From Takakia lepidozioides (lineage: Eukaryota; Plantae; Bryophyta), in the NCBI GenBank assembly GCA_030704615.1, contig CM060734.1, positions 61,628,001 to 61,692,000 of the forward strand: 64,000 nt of DNA, written 5' to 3'. The position numbers and the translations under genes were made by a program. Numbering within the stretch: position 1 is the stretch's first letter; each line of letters begins with the position of its first letter. Under the pieces are notes generated by a model. It was not told the DNA's origin, made no database searches, and saw only the letters and a list, made by a program, of their open reading frames with translations. Positions 50,737 through 64,000 of this stretch are shown here, in pieces.

Positions 50737-51143
50737 CTAGGGTAGCCTGTGCTGTTGGCGAAGTGTCCAAGTGTCCAATGTCATCTAAGTCCAAGTGCAT
50801 CAATATATGAAACAAGCCATATGTAATCATTTTTTCCATTGAGCCTATGACCAGATTTGAACCAGAGACCTTTCCCTTGATATCTCTCCCCTCGAGGCTC
50901 CAACCATTGTCCCATGAATGCCCACTTTGCCATTTTTGCTATTTTTTATGAATTTCCAGCGACCCAAAGTACTTAAAAGTCAACATCTCCCACACCGCAG
51001 GTCCATGAGACCAAGCCGGTGCACCCCTCCTCCTCGAGGGGTACCAAGCACCAGGGCTTGGGCCTCGCGGTTGGGGACATCTCAAATCTACAAAACAAAC
51101 AAAACAAAATAAAACAAAACAAACGTCTCGCTTCATATATTGA
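50737..51143 (-). mobile_element. Solo minimal (about 400 bp) non-autonomous Helitron
   Basis: Minus strand reads A|TCaatatatgaagcgagacg...ctaccCTAG|T, an insertion between A and T with no TSD. Confidence 0.85.
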
Positions 51144-51969
51144 TTTTTATATTAATAGATAATGATATACCTACAAATTTTAGTAAAAAGGGTTAAATAT
51201 TTGAGATAATTTTATAAAAAGTATTATTCCATAATTTAAAAAATGAATAATTTGTAGGTCCCCAATTATATAGGACATTTGTCCAACCAATTATAAGAAC
51301 CTACAGATAATGACAATATTTATATTGTCATTGAAGTGTTCTAGGCAAATATGAAAATTTTAAATGCCATAGACTTTTGAAATTTTGGGTATGTTTGGAG
51401 GTATATAAAAGTCCGTAGCAAACTACCAAATGAATGAAATTGTCTACAAATTCATCCATGTCTCTCATTTCTCAATGACAGTCTATATTTGGAATCCAGA
51501 TGAAAATGACTAAGTGCAAATTAGTCTTCGAGAGTCCAATTGTGGACAAACTAGGAATGTGACATTTGAGAGTGCAAATCCTAAAAGTCTATAGCTCCAT
51601 GAAAAAATCATCTTATTTCAAAAAAATCATACCAACATGTAGATATGGTGCAACACTCAATCTCATTTGGGATAAAGATAAACTTATTTGCACAATATTT
51701 ATGGATAATATGAATAGCACTCCTTGCAAAATAAAGTAGAAGATGGAATAATCACATGCGACGGTATGACAAATTGTAGGGGGTAAGCACACTGTCGGTG
51801 GGATTAACGGTGGCTGGAGATGATTTAAGGAATGCTTCAGTTAAAGGCAGTACCTTGGTCTTGGGAGTGAGATGTGCTGATTGTATCACTCTGTTCAGCC
51901 GTAGACAACCAGCATGCAGCCTAGTGGTAATGGACACAAACCACGTTGGATGTGGTTGTGGGTTCAAAC

Positions 51970-53256
51970 CAGTGTTGGACTGGTATCTGTATTTTGAACA
52001 CATCATACTGGTACTGGTATATAGCAGTGTTGGACCGGTATATAGGTCTTGGGCGTGTATCAACTAGGGTAAGGGTAATGGTACGAAGGATCATACCAGA
52101 CGGGTACCTACAAGGGCAAAACCCTCCAATACCCTGGTGGGGTAGGATACATGGACTTCTAAAACCCTGGCACAGAACATACCAGTCGGTCTTCTTCCTC
52201 ATGCTACCACTCCAATACCATGCATGCGTCAGTTGAGGGACAAGATGTAGGGGTCGGGTCTAGGGTAGTTTGAGGTTAGGGATACTAACTACATATAGTG
52301 TTTTCAAGAGGGCACTTCAATGAGGATGAGTTACAGGATGTTAATATGTTTGAAGAGGAGTACTTAGATGAAATGCAATTTGTTAGTTTCTGCTCTTAAA
52401 GAGTGATAGAGAAGAGTTAGGGACCATTTGGGATATTTTTCAATGTTGAAATGGGCCATTTGAATAGTTGAAATCTTAATATGATTTAAAGGGCCTCCGT
52501 TCATTTTTTATTTTTATTTTTATTTATTTTTAAAAGTTAGAAAAAATTGCACTAGTGTAGCCGGTACCAGACCCTGGCACATACCAGGCTGGTATGACTC
52601 TTCAAAGTTTGTTTAATACCATACCAATCAGATTTTCACTTTGATACCATACCATATACCATACCATGCTATTAAATTTACACATCATTTGATACCAGTT
52701 TCAATAATTCAACTGTACCCCAATACCTTTACCCTAGTGGTATCAAAAAACCATTATACTAGTCCAACACTGGTATATAGGCCTCCGGCCAATTGTGATA
52801 TTAGGGGAGGTACTGGTATTGGAAAAAATCTAAGATTTTGATACCATCAGTAATACATGATTAGTGTGGTGTTTTAGGGGTATCAATAGCAAGAGTTTTT
52901 ATAAATCGATACCAGGGTAATATTAATACTGGTCTGATATCAAAATAACTCCCACTTCTCATATAAATGTGTACAAGCATGCTTCTCATTGATATTGCTC
53001 AAAGTATCTAGCTTCACATATTTCATCTTCCGGCCTGATTTATATTTTGCTTATTGAAAGCTGCATCCATATCGTGCATAGTGCATATTGCGCCGTTGAT
53101 ATTGATACCTAGGTTTTCCTAATGAAAGTGGACCTCGTACTAGTATCAAGTATCAAGGTAGTGGCATGAGGCGATACCAGACTGGTCTGGTACTTCATAC
53201 CAATATACATACCCATATTGATACCAGTTTCTTATCATTATATGAGTCCAACACTG
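51970..53256. mobile_element. hAT-type MITE (outer)
   Basis: TIR cagtgttggact / agtccaacactg; 8-bp TSD gttcaaac. Confidence 0.9.
52025..52772. mobile_element. hAT-type MITE (inner, same TIR family)
   Basis: TIR cagtgttggac / gtccaacactg; 8-bp TSD gtatatag (52017-52024, 52773-52780). Confidence 0.9.
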
Positions 53257-53880
53257 GTTCAAACCACGGTCTGGTGTGTCATGAAGGTGTCTAGTGTCCA
53301 CCTTTCAGCTGGAAGGAAATAGCCCTTGTGCCGAAGAAACACCATAATTTACGCTCCCAAAGGGAGGCGTCTATATTTATTTATTTGTTACTGTACCTTC
53401 AGGGGTTAGGGTTCCGTGAGTCCAATGGAGAAATGCTGTCTTGCACACTGCACTGGATGCTTTCCCAACTATCGTGCCTGTCTGCCACTTATAACTACAC
53501 CACTTTATTTTTCCTGGAAAACCAGGGGACCCAATCTGGCAGCTCCAGAAATGATTTTCGGAAAAAGAAAATATAAATAACAAAAATTGTCGATGCTGGT
53601 GTGGTTCATTCATCCCGTGGGCCGACAGAGGTACGACCGGATAAAGTCGGTCAAATCGGAAGAATGACCGGATGGAGGCGGAGTGAGTAGATAAGCGGGG
53701 GTTCTGTGGACGGGGTGGCCGCGTCTGCACCTCTCAACTCCCCGCACAAATCCCTGCCGTGGGGGTTGGGGGGGGGGGGGGGGATTTGTATCCCTGCGCG
53801 GGCCTGGGAAGGTCGTGCAGGCTGCCAGTGCAGGTCTGTGGGCCGAGGGCAGGGGCGGGGTGGAGCAATTGCTGGCGAAT

Positions 53881-56248
53881 ATGGCCCAAGCACCTGCTCT
53901 TCAGGTCCCCTACAGATCGCCTCCTTCTTTTGTTTTGACTTGCTACAATGCTGCTTGCTTGGCACTGACTGTGATGCTTCTTCTTCTCGCTCTGCTGTTC
54001 ACCGTTTTTTTTTGGGACGTGAAGCGAAAACCTGTTCCGGTAGTCCGTAGATGTGCCGTGAGCTGTAGATGCGGTGATCCTGGAAGTATATTGAGATTTT
54101 GAGCATGTATTAGCTGGTTTAGCAATGCTACTCATGAAAAGTTCCAATTCTGAGGAGCACGATCTCGTGTTTGTAAGTTGCATGTAATGTGATTTCAAAG
54201 ATGCTCCGGAACAGTTGAAGAGATACCTCGTTGGCATCTTGTACTTTATGGTCGGAAAGACTGGTTTTGTCTGGGGGTTGGTTTGTATTTGAGTTAAAAT
54301 AATTCAAGCTTTAGATTTGTCGTACGCCGGTTGCTCCTATCAGCGATTCGTGAGAGGGGTGAGGACCTGTTGCGCCTTAGCATCGCTGATGTTCTGAATG
54401 GTATCCTCTGAAGTGTTCAGCAGAGCGAAATTAACGTCTTTCTTGAAATCGCAGTCAACTCTGTGTGTGCCTACCCATGCTGCTGGACCACGCCGCCTCG
54501 CTACTTCTTACAGATGCAAGGTGTGTGCCTACGCAACCGACTTCTAATAAGCAAGATCTCAGCCAGCATTGACTGAGGCATTGCACAGTTTTCAGCTGTG
54601 CTACCTCCCTGGTACCTGTATTGCAGTAAAATTTGAGATGAAAGCCTTGCTATTACATAAGTTGTACATTATAACTTATCCAGTCATTGTTAATAGACCT
54701 TTGTACCCTGAGATCTATTAACGGACTTGCAGGTCCACATCATCCTTTTCTGTGCAAAAAATTGGTGAATCTTGCTTGTAGTCCTTCTCATCTGCAACCT
54801 TTGCTATCTGTTAGACTATGGTTGTCATACTGATGGCCTTTATTTTCTGAATCTGCATTTTTATGCTTTCAATGCAGGCAACTTCAAATCATGCAGAGTC
54901 CCGCTCGTTTTTTGCTGGGCAGTCCCTGCACATTGCTGCTCCGACAAGGACATTGCAGAGAACAGAGCTTGTAAGAGTGCGGGCTTACACCAAGGTTGCC
55001 ACCCTTCCTTTGGATCTGGAGACTGCCAGTGATCCTCCCCTGAACACCTATAAGAACAAGGAGCCCTACATTGGAACTATTAAGTCCGTCGAAAGGATTG
55101 TGGGGCCCAATGCTCCTGGTGAGACCTGTCACATTGTTATCGATCATCAAGGAAAAGTGCCCTATTGGGAGGGACAGAGTTACGGCATTATCCCCCCTGT
55201 AAGTCTGCATTCCGTTCTTCTTGGTTTTGTCCTCTTGATTTGATTTTCTTGATTGCAGATCTATGTGCAGGATACCTAAATGCTTGGCATATTGCAGACC
55301 TTCCTCTTTTATCATCAGGGATGATGATGTAAATGAAATGTTTTTCGTGTGAACAGGGAGAGAATAAAAAGAAACCTGGAACTCTGAACACAGTACGCCT
55401 TTACTCAATTGCCTCCACCAGGTATGGAGATGAGTTTGATGGGAAGACGGCCAGTCTTTGTGTCAGAAGGGCTGTCTACTATGACCCTGAGACAGGGAAG
55501 GAGGATCCGGAGAAGAAAGGTGTCTGTAGTAACTTCCTCTGTGACTGCAAGCCTGGAGATTCTGTCCAGATTACTGGTATGTTCTGTTCTTCGTACTGCT
55601 ATCCAAATCTACAGATGTGTTTTTGGGTTGCAGATACTACACTCCATAGTGTAGCATGTCCCTCTTGTGGATCTGTAAGCATATCCCTTGTTCAGAGAAG
55701 AGAGAAATGTGAGTTCTAACAAGTGAGAATTGCATTGTGTGGTAACTGCAGGTCCTTCTGGGAAGGTAATGCTGTTACCGGAAGATCTTAGCGCAACCCA
55801 CATAATGGTGGCAACCGGGACTGGCATTGCTCCTTACAGAGGGTACTTGCGGAGAATGTTCATGGAGGATGTCCCTTCCTTTAAGTTTGGTGGCCTTGCT
55901 TGGCTTTTCTTGGGTGTGGCCAACACTGACAGTCTTCTCTACCACGATGAGTTCTCCCAATACAAGGAGAAGTTCCCTGACAACTTTCGATATGACATTG
56001 CTTTGAGTCGCGAGCAGACCAACGCAGCGGGTGGGAAGATGTACATACAGGATAAAATTTCGGAATACGGTAGCGAGTTGTTTGAGCTGCTTGACAAGGG
56101 TGCACATATCTACTTCTGTGGGTTGAGGGGCATGATGCCTGGCATTCAAAGCACACTGAGGGCTGTTTCAGAGTCAGTGGGAGAGGACTGGGACCACAAA
56201 CTAGAGAAACTGAAGAAGAATAAGCAGTGGCATGTGGAGGTTTACTAG
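53881..56248 (+). CDS. RFNR: Ferredoxin-NADP+ reductase, root/heterotrophic plastid type; exons 53881-53904 (probable), 54878-55198, 55357-55576, 55752-56248
   Basis: [75 protein letters not shown], terminal WHVEVY. The short first exon MAQAPALQ is inferred from the GT donor and phase. Confidence 0.95.
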
Positions 56249-56929
56249 ACGTCCTTATTCGTGTAGGTTTAGGCTTTATTGTTTCACTACCGATGCTATC
56301 AAACACACTGTGTCCGACTCAAATTCTTTTGCATCAAGAGTGGTCAAGAAGAAGCGCTCTTTGCAAGACTCATTGCAGGTGGAGGAGAAATAGGCTCCTG
56401 TGTGCTATTTGTCTGAACTGGTTTCAATCGAACTTGTTGACACTTCAACATATTTTTTCTCCATAAAAAGTTGTCTGTATGACAAAAAAAACTCTTAGTG
56501 ATGCTGCATTTGTGAGAGTGGGGGCTAGTCTGTCAGCCAGTGGAAGGTGGTTTCATCCTTATGTGGGTGTGGTGACTTCTATGTCTCTAACCTCTAACCT
56601 TTTCCTGACTTTGAGAGTAGCGCCCAGATCATATGCAGAGATATGCAGAGAATAAAGAGAGCTCAACAACATATGTGTCTGAAGAAAGCTCATCAAGCAC
56701 TTTGCTCACAGACTGGCAAGCTCCTGCACTCTTCAACTCCCACTAACAAACAGCTCTACCTCTACCTACATTGTATAAACTGTACGTATAAAATCATATA
56801 TATATGTATACAGTTATATAGGGGCGAATATATATATACGTATTGTATACGTAGTGGAATACAGAGGAGTGTTGGCGGTGGGCAGCTTTCTGTCTGGCGC
56901 TGCTCGAGTGTCGCAGGGAAGTTTGTGGG

Positions 56930-59900
56930 ATGGCAATTCGAGCGGGGCAGCGTTTGAGAGTGACGCTTTTGAGTAATTTGAATGGAAGGTTTGTTAGACA
57001 CCAATCGGGCCAAGCACAGGCGCCCTCCGTGGCCGCAGAAGCAGGCTCTACAGGCCGAGGTCTGTTGTTTCATTCTTCTTGTCTGCTTGCTTGTGGAATT
57101 TTTTATGTGCTGTTGCCGCAACTCCCCATTGTTTTCCGCTCTCGTCCTGCCCCAAATTTTTGCTACCGGCTGCAGTGTCCATGAGAAAACTGCAAAGAAG
57201 TCTGATGTGCGTTTCTCTCTGGCTCGGGTCTCTGGTAATTTTCCTTCTTTTGAACGGGTGAAATACGTCCTACGTTGAAATTCATTGCAAATTCAGGCAC
57301 AGCATCCAAGCGTTCAGACTGTATTTGCAAGGGTATGAAGAGCTACCTAGAGGGGTTTAGGGTTTAAGGTTTAAGGTGTACGGGTCTGTTACACTCTTAT
57401 GCGTTAGGTTGGATAATCTTGCTATCAACGACCATTCATAGAAATTGTGATTGCACTGATATTTATGGCAGAGTGTGAATTAGGCAAGAGGAAACGGGGT
57501 TAATTGGTTGAAAACTAGGGAGTGTATCCAGCACCTTCAGAATTTTAACGTTAGGGAAAAGGAGTGATGTTTCACTTCAGGGAGGCCTTGGCTACTGCCA
57601 CATGATTTGGGGACTTGTCAAACACTTAAATGCTTCCTTATTACATTTTTCATGTGAAGGGGTTTAAGGTTTAGGATGCTCCGGGCGATGGTGGGATTCT
57701 CAAGAGGATGGTTGTCTCCTTCTACAGTTATGATGTCCTGATAGCACGAAGGCCGATTTGCTCTTACTTTGATTAGTAAAACAAGTCCTGTAGCTTTTGG
57801 TCATACTTGAGCTGGTGGCCCACTAGGTCTCCAGCAGACACTTGTTGAGGGCAGCTGGGTACGAGGTAAGACTTGTTGATTGCTGCAGGAGGGCTAAAGA
57901 CCACCTGCTTTGTTGCAGTCTAGGGGGTGGCATTATGGGATTGCAGGATTTGAGGAAAGAGTAGTTACCATTTTGGTACAACATTTTCCATATACTAAAT
58001 GATGGTGAAACACCAATAGAAGCATTAATCCTAATGGGATAATCATTAGAACAGTTACAGAAGCTAAATGTTTATGGGAGTGGTTGAAGATTTGTATTTA
58101 ACTCCTGAAGTTGGGTTGTGAAATCTCGGCAGCAAGCAGCTTGTTTTTGCCTGGAGCCACTGTTGCCACCTTACTGATGCTAGGGACCCTGCATGCAAGG
58201 CGCCTGTATGAGGACAGCAAGGTACCCATCATCTCTGCTGTACGGGTAGCATTTCTCCTGTGAGGTATATACCTCTCAACTATTTGATGTGGGGAAGTGA
58301 AAGTGGATATGCATGTGATATGCACGTAGCCGAGTGTAAATGACGGAAGGGTGCTGGGTGCATGGGTGTTGTTATTTCAGGCTGAAGAGGCAAGACGCCA
58401 AGGCAAAGAGCTTGAGTTTGAACCTGACTGGAAAGTGAGCCCTTATGCTTTGTATTAGCTGCAATGGAGTTGAGATGGTTATCATTTTGAAAAGCTCTCT
58501 ATAGTCACAATAGGAAGTATAACCATGGATGTGAAGGAACAGAAGTACAACTAAGGGATTCAAGAAGAACGCGTGTGTGATGGCTCTGTATGTCTAGTGT
58601 GAATGTGCAGTCTATCAATTGAATTGAACCATGTTCTTGTGTCTCATCTGATTATAGTCACTTAATCGGTTGGAATTTGTCAGGCCTCATTTTTGCAGCT
58701 GCTGCCACTGCGCTTCATCTCCCGTTCGTGGGGAAGCCTCACTTCCATGGTAGCCTTCTGCACACTCGTTAGAATTGTGCTGAACACAACCTGCTATTGA
58801 AGGGTCTTCTCTGTACAATCCTCTCTTGCTTCCTTGCCGGTTGGCGGTGCTGAAGGCTATCGGAAGTCTGAGCCACGTATGGAATGCTTCCTTGTCTGAT
58901 AGTCTGGTAATGGCTGTAGTATGGTTAGTTTTTGTCTTAACTGCCTCCTCAAGGCTGTGTCACGGCAGACCTTCATTGGGAATGGCTGATTCTAGTACAA
59001 GTTCTTCCTACAAGCCCACAACTCCAGTATGTCAGACTGTCTTTTGGTTCTGGACATAAAACCATGCATGGTGATTTTTCAACAGGAACTGCCAATATGG
59101 GCACGCCCTTATGTCTACAAGGGCTGGGCTCGAGCATTTAACTCAAGTGGGTCATCTTCTCAACTCCGTTAGACTTTTCTGTCTGATAATAAGGTTCTTC
59201 ACTTTTTCTTACAATTGCAGAATACCTGGACAAGTTGTCTTCTTTGTGAAAGCGTATGTCTAATTTGGAGAATGTTCCAGCAACAGTATAATGTTGCTTA
59301 CTTCACAGTTGACCCAACCAGTGACTGATAAGGCAATCTTTGGGGTTAGCATATTAGAGCAACAGGATTTTTATTCTGTGATGGAATGTCCAGGGGTTGC
59401 AGATTTTGAACAAACATATCAATTTGCTGTGAAAATGGCATGGAGAGATTATATTGAGTTTTGGATCTATAGTAGTGCAGTTCTAGGGGTGAAGTGACAT
59501 CATCATGACGCTTGCTTTGGCAGTAGTCAACCTTCTTCTAGTGCAGTTCTAAAAGAGGGAGATAGGGGGTGTACAGATTTGGAGGAAGCATCCCAGCCAG
59601 TGGAAGAGTATGTGTCTCTTCGTGATTTTTTCACAAGAGGCCTCAAAGAGGGAGTTAGGCCACTTGCACTGGGCCCTGCATGTCTGGTAACTGGTAACCA
59701 TCTATGATCTATTTGTTTGGAATTTACTAGGCTCTCACATCCATTTGGATGCTATCCCACCTGCCACTGCCAAGTAGAACTGGAGATAGGTCACTGAATA
59801 CTTTGTAGGTGAGCTTTGTCTATGATTCCTTGGCAATGCATGACCAAGTGGTCCTGATCAGCTCTTTGTGTTGCACTTGGCCTTGGATAGCTATTTAGTT

Positions 59901-61674
59901 TCCTTGGACATCTGATGGCTGAAGCATTATGTGTATGTTGAGATTAAAGCATTGCATTTTCAACTATTACAGCAAGAACCTTAAGCTATACTAACGCTGG
60001 GAGCGTAGTTAGTGACAGTTCCAGCAGTCATCATAATATGTGATTGTAAACGTGTATACTTTTTGTGGAGGCAGTTAAGTCCGGTGGATGGAGTTGTAGT
60101 GCGTTGCGGAAAAGTGAGGGGGTCAGGCACCATGATTGAGCAGGTCAAGGGCTTTTCTTATTCGGTGTCTGCCCTGCTGGGAGCCACCCCCCCTCCCTTA
60201 GCTCTTGCTTTCTCAGAAGCAAAGTCAGAACAGAGAGAAGATAACGCACACACTGAAATATTACCCGAAACTGGGAAACGACGATGGGGCTCTTTGTGGA
60301 GCAGGACGAAGTCCTTAGAGCCAACGGTGTCAGACAGGTAGCACCTGTCGTACTCTTTGACACACTCTCACACACTATTTGCTTGCTTGCAGACGAAACA
60401 GAGTCTAATTAGAGGGTTTATGGTCATTGGCGGATGGCAGATCGGCCAAGGACCTCTTCTACTGTGTGCTCTATTTGGGGCCAGGTGACTACCATCGCAT
60501 CCACTCTCCCACTGACTGGCAGATATTTCAGCGCCGCCATTTTGCTGGTAGGCCTCTCTATCTGGTCACTTGAGGTGTCTGACCCATTTATGTTGGTGAA
60601 AGTGCTCTAATAGTGAGGATGTCCCAAGTTTCAAATGCATCACTTCGCAAGTACTTAAAAACCCATCATGTGACTGTTTGTAGTGAGGCTTATATGTGGT
60701 CGTCAGTGTAAGGCGAATACTATCGAATTACTATGTGATAAGTTCTCTTCATCTCATGGCCCTTGGCATCAAGGCCACAAGAGGGAATCTAGAAACAGAG
60801 GCAGAATAGTGGTCCAAAACAGTGATACCAACGATCAAGAAAGTTAACGAGTGTATGTGTATGACAGGCCGTCTGTATCCAGTGAATCAGCGTGCTGTTC
60901 GGAGCATCAAGGATTTGTATGTTGTTAATGAAAGGGTAGGTTGTTTTCTCGCACTGCTGTTGGAGTTGAAGCTATTCAAAGGCATCCCGTTTAGTTCTGC
61001 GGGAGGGAGTATGGCACAGTTTCTTGTTGACAGTTCCCACTTTAGTCCAAGATGGGAAGGTGTAAATAGCCAGGAAAAGTTCTCCTCTAGTATTGTGGTT
61101 CTTTCAAACCACATTTGAAGGACCTCAAGTGAGTCCACCACAATTTTTCTGGAGCCTGTTTCGCCAAGATGTCTGTGGGCAAAGACTTGCATTTCTTCTT
61201 CAAAATAGAAAGGTTGAAAAGTTTTTTCACGTTCCTATTGATACATACTACATCTACTGTGAAATACTCACCAATGGGCATGATAACAGGTGGTGCTGGA
61301 AGGCAAGTGGTCACAAGGGTTGATGGCCATGGCTGCAGTGGGTGCCACAAATGTGGGCTCGATAGAGGTAGTCTCCATCTCCCTCTTGACTAATGAGCTC
61401 TGGCAGACGTGCTCATCTGTGTATTCAGTGGTAGTGCATGAAAAGGTTGCAAAGTGTTTAGGAAGCACCCTGGGAAGGGGTTTACTGATTGGGATTTGAA
61501 GATAAGTCTGGGAACTTGTGGTTGGAGTTGTCTAGCTTTTATATGTATTTGCAAGCTTGTGGTTTCTGGATGCATTTACAGCTCTGCTCATCAAACTCAG
61601 CATTAGTGTGTAAAAAGTTATATTTTGCATATTTTTATGTGGAACAAGCAACATATGATATCAATATAGAATAG

Positions 61675-61705
<31 letters not shown>

Positions 61706-62331
61706 CTTCCTGTATGTGTATATATATATTATATATGTATTATTATATATTATATGTGCTATATTTATTTGCATAGTCGTTTGTTGTCCATCAAAATAAT
61801 ATCCTATACTTTAGTCAGCATACAGCACTGACTCATATATTCTGGGAGGGTGCAGCTTAAGTTTGAGCCGGAGCTCAAAACCAACCAGCCCATCACCGGG
61901 CTAAAAGATCTGCAGTCTATTGTCAGCACACGAACATATGGAGAGGGAGGGACCGGGTTGTTTGTCAAGGGTGGTGAGGAGGTGGGTACTTACTCGCTAG
62001 TTAGCATCCTTTCAAGTAGAGAGCTGTCTAGTGACTTCTGGAGGTGAATAGTCATGAAGGCACTCTGTCCCGTCTAAATTGGGAGCAGGGTCTACGGTGA
62101 TCAGACTACACAAGCGGGGTCTAATGAGCTCAAGGTTCCATTGGTGGGTGGGCGCAAATGCAGGTGGCGGTTTTCAACTTGGGGTCGACAGTAGTTCTTG
62201 TGTTCCAAGCACCTGCTTCCAGCTTCCATGATAACAAGAACCTATCTCCAAGTGAAACTTCAGAAGGTTTTCGGTTTGTTGTTGAAAATGGTCAGAGAGT
62301 GAAGATGGGGCAAGCAATTGGTCGGTGGTAA
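56930..62331 (+). CDS. PSD1: Phosphatidylserine decarboxylase proenzyme, mitochondrial type (multi-exon)
   Basis: Exon peptides [101 protein letters not shown], and the autocleavage motif [11 protein letters not shown]. Stop TAA at 62329-62331. The start codon is inferred. Confidence 0.93.
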
Positions 62332-64000
62332 CAGTGGGAATGCCAAAAACGTCAGCCACGGCGTTGCATTGACAGTCAGTTTTGTTGACAAGTGTGCTGG
62401 CTTGTTCCCAAAGAGAATTTATACACCCAGGAACTTGCAAATTGCGAGTTCTTCAGAATGAAATTTTGTAGTCAGAGATTGTCTTTATTCTTGGTTTATT
62501 TTTAGCTTCCATATTTCGTGGTAGCTAAAATTGGGGACATGAGTAGATAAGTTTTGTAGATTAGTACTTGCAAACTGAAGTTAATTTTTTTTCCCACACG
62601 AGTAAGCAGAGTGAAAGTTGTTGATCTGACTCTAGTGTTGGTAGCTACTGCACTGCTACTGTACCGATTGTTTATGATTAGATTGTAGTCAGTTTAGCCA
62701 AAAGTGATTCTTCATTGCTGATGAGTAATATCTTACATTCTTGTGCGAATTACTTGACTGTTTTTTTTTTCGACAATTTTTGGTGCTCTAGTGCAATTTG
62801 ATGTTCCAGTTAGTTTTATGATTCCTCCACGCCTGAAATAGCCTCATTGCCTCGCCTCAAATTTTGTATCTCGTAGACTGAGTATAGAGAAAGTGCTGGC
62901 TAGGCTAATTATGAGAATTGGGCCGTGGGGCGAGTGTTCTGGAGCAGTGGCTCCAAGAATAAAAGAGTTATACAAGGGCTAGTCTGTGTAGAGGACAGAA
63001 TCAAGTAACTTCATTAACACACTTTGTTGCTGTGGACAATTACCAAATCCAAAATGTTTTTCTTCTTTATTGGACTTATAATAGTAGACTTCAAGAGCAA
63101 GGAAAATTAGCCTTGTGGCAAGTCGTGAAGCATACATCCCAGGAAGGACCATACTGCCTTCACCAAAGGTCCTTTGACCACACTGAACAGACCAGTTGTG
63201 CTTCTGGACCTTGTCCTACATAGAACGGACAAGTGCTAAGCAGGCCCAGTTTAAGGCTGAAAAACTAGGATACCGAATCCGAGACTGCAAGTAACAAAGT
63301 TCGAAGTCCTCCACCTAAAAGAAGACGAGAGAAAAAATCACTAGTATCAACGGAGAAGATCCTCAAAATTAAGGTGGGCCATGATGTTCAGTTCCCTGGA
63401 AGAATCCCGAATTCAATCCAGCAGAAGGTGATTGCAAACATGTCAACGCTTCTGTTGCAAAATACGAGTGTCCTCCCCCTCCTGAGAACTCCAATTCTGC
63501 AAGGATTGTGTGATCTCCACTTGCCCTCTCAGCTCTGTGAAGGTTCAGTTCTTGCATTGCCCAGGTACTTTTTGAGCACCGTCGACCTAGCTTCCTTGGA
63601 ATCCAAAAGAAATGAAAGAAATGTAGAATAGACCTCTCTGATCAGTAATCTCATATACTGAGCCTACTCTCAATCCAACTGAAGCGACATTCTCAGGTGA
63701 TGTGTCTACAATTGTTCCTGAAGAGATATTGAAAAAGGAAGTTCAAGGTGGATGCCAAAACCAACCATGGATTCGAGCTTACTGCAGGAACGTTACCTCA
63801 AAAATCAGCTATGAAGCCATATGCTTTTCCTGCAACGTTTCAAGGTACACGCAAACAGGTATAGCGAATTGAGGCACAAATTTCCTTGCATTTGAGGTTA
63901 CTTGAGCATGGGTGAATAGCCTTTAAACCAAGAGTCAAAGCCACCAGGATACGGCTTGGTGACCGTGTTGGCAGCATCTATAAGCAAATTCTGCCCACTA

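Larger units (their letters stand above)
51902..53390 (+). mobile_element. Second SINE copy, split at its B box by nested hAT-type MITEs
   Basis: 51902-51969 and 53257-53390 together match the 17059-17238 SINE. Confidence 0.88.

Noticed and set aside
57353-57376. Telomere-like gggttta repeats
   Set aside because: Only about three degenerate units in an intron; common telo-box-like sequence.
63000-64000. Possible minus-strand exons or pseudogene at the window end
   Set aside because: Some splice-like signals, but no consistent frame or recognisable protein.

Overview
Eukaryotic land-plant nuclear DNA, probably from a bryophyte (inferred from the gene and repeat style, not proven). Intact genes: the 5' part of a GRAS transcription factor (RAD1-like motif, minus strand, runs off the window), a 3-exon B12D gene, a root-type ferredoxin-NADP+ reductase and a mitochondrial-type phosphatidylserine decarboxylase. 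Positions 7.5-15.7 kb hold many degenerate PLS/E-class PPR fragments plus an ABCG11-like last exon. Positions 17-53 kb are nested transposons: tRNA-derived SINEs, a split L1-like LINE, hAT-type MITEs, a CACTA element and a head-to-tail Helitron array. The main finding is a 10.6-kb Ty3/Gypsy retroelement (25234-35868, minus strand). It carries a complete but mutated DNA cytosine-5 methyltransferase domain between protease and RT, and a PHD finger after the integrase. Instead of two LTRs it has split direct repeats (B-coding-A-B-A in sense orientation) with an internal CA-gc-TG junction, a layout typical of tyrosine-recombinase elements rather than DDE-integrase elements. Coordinates were read by eye and may be off by a few bases; no database searches were run.
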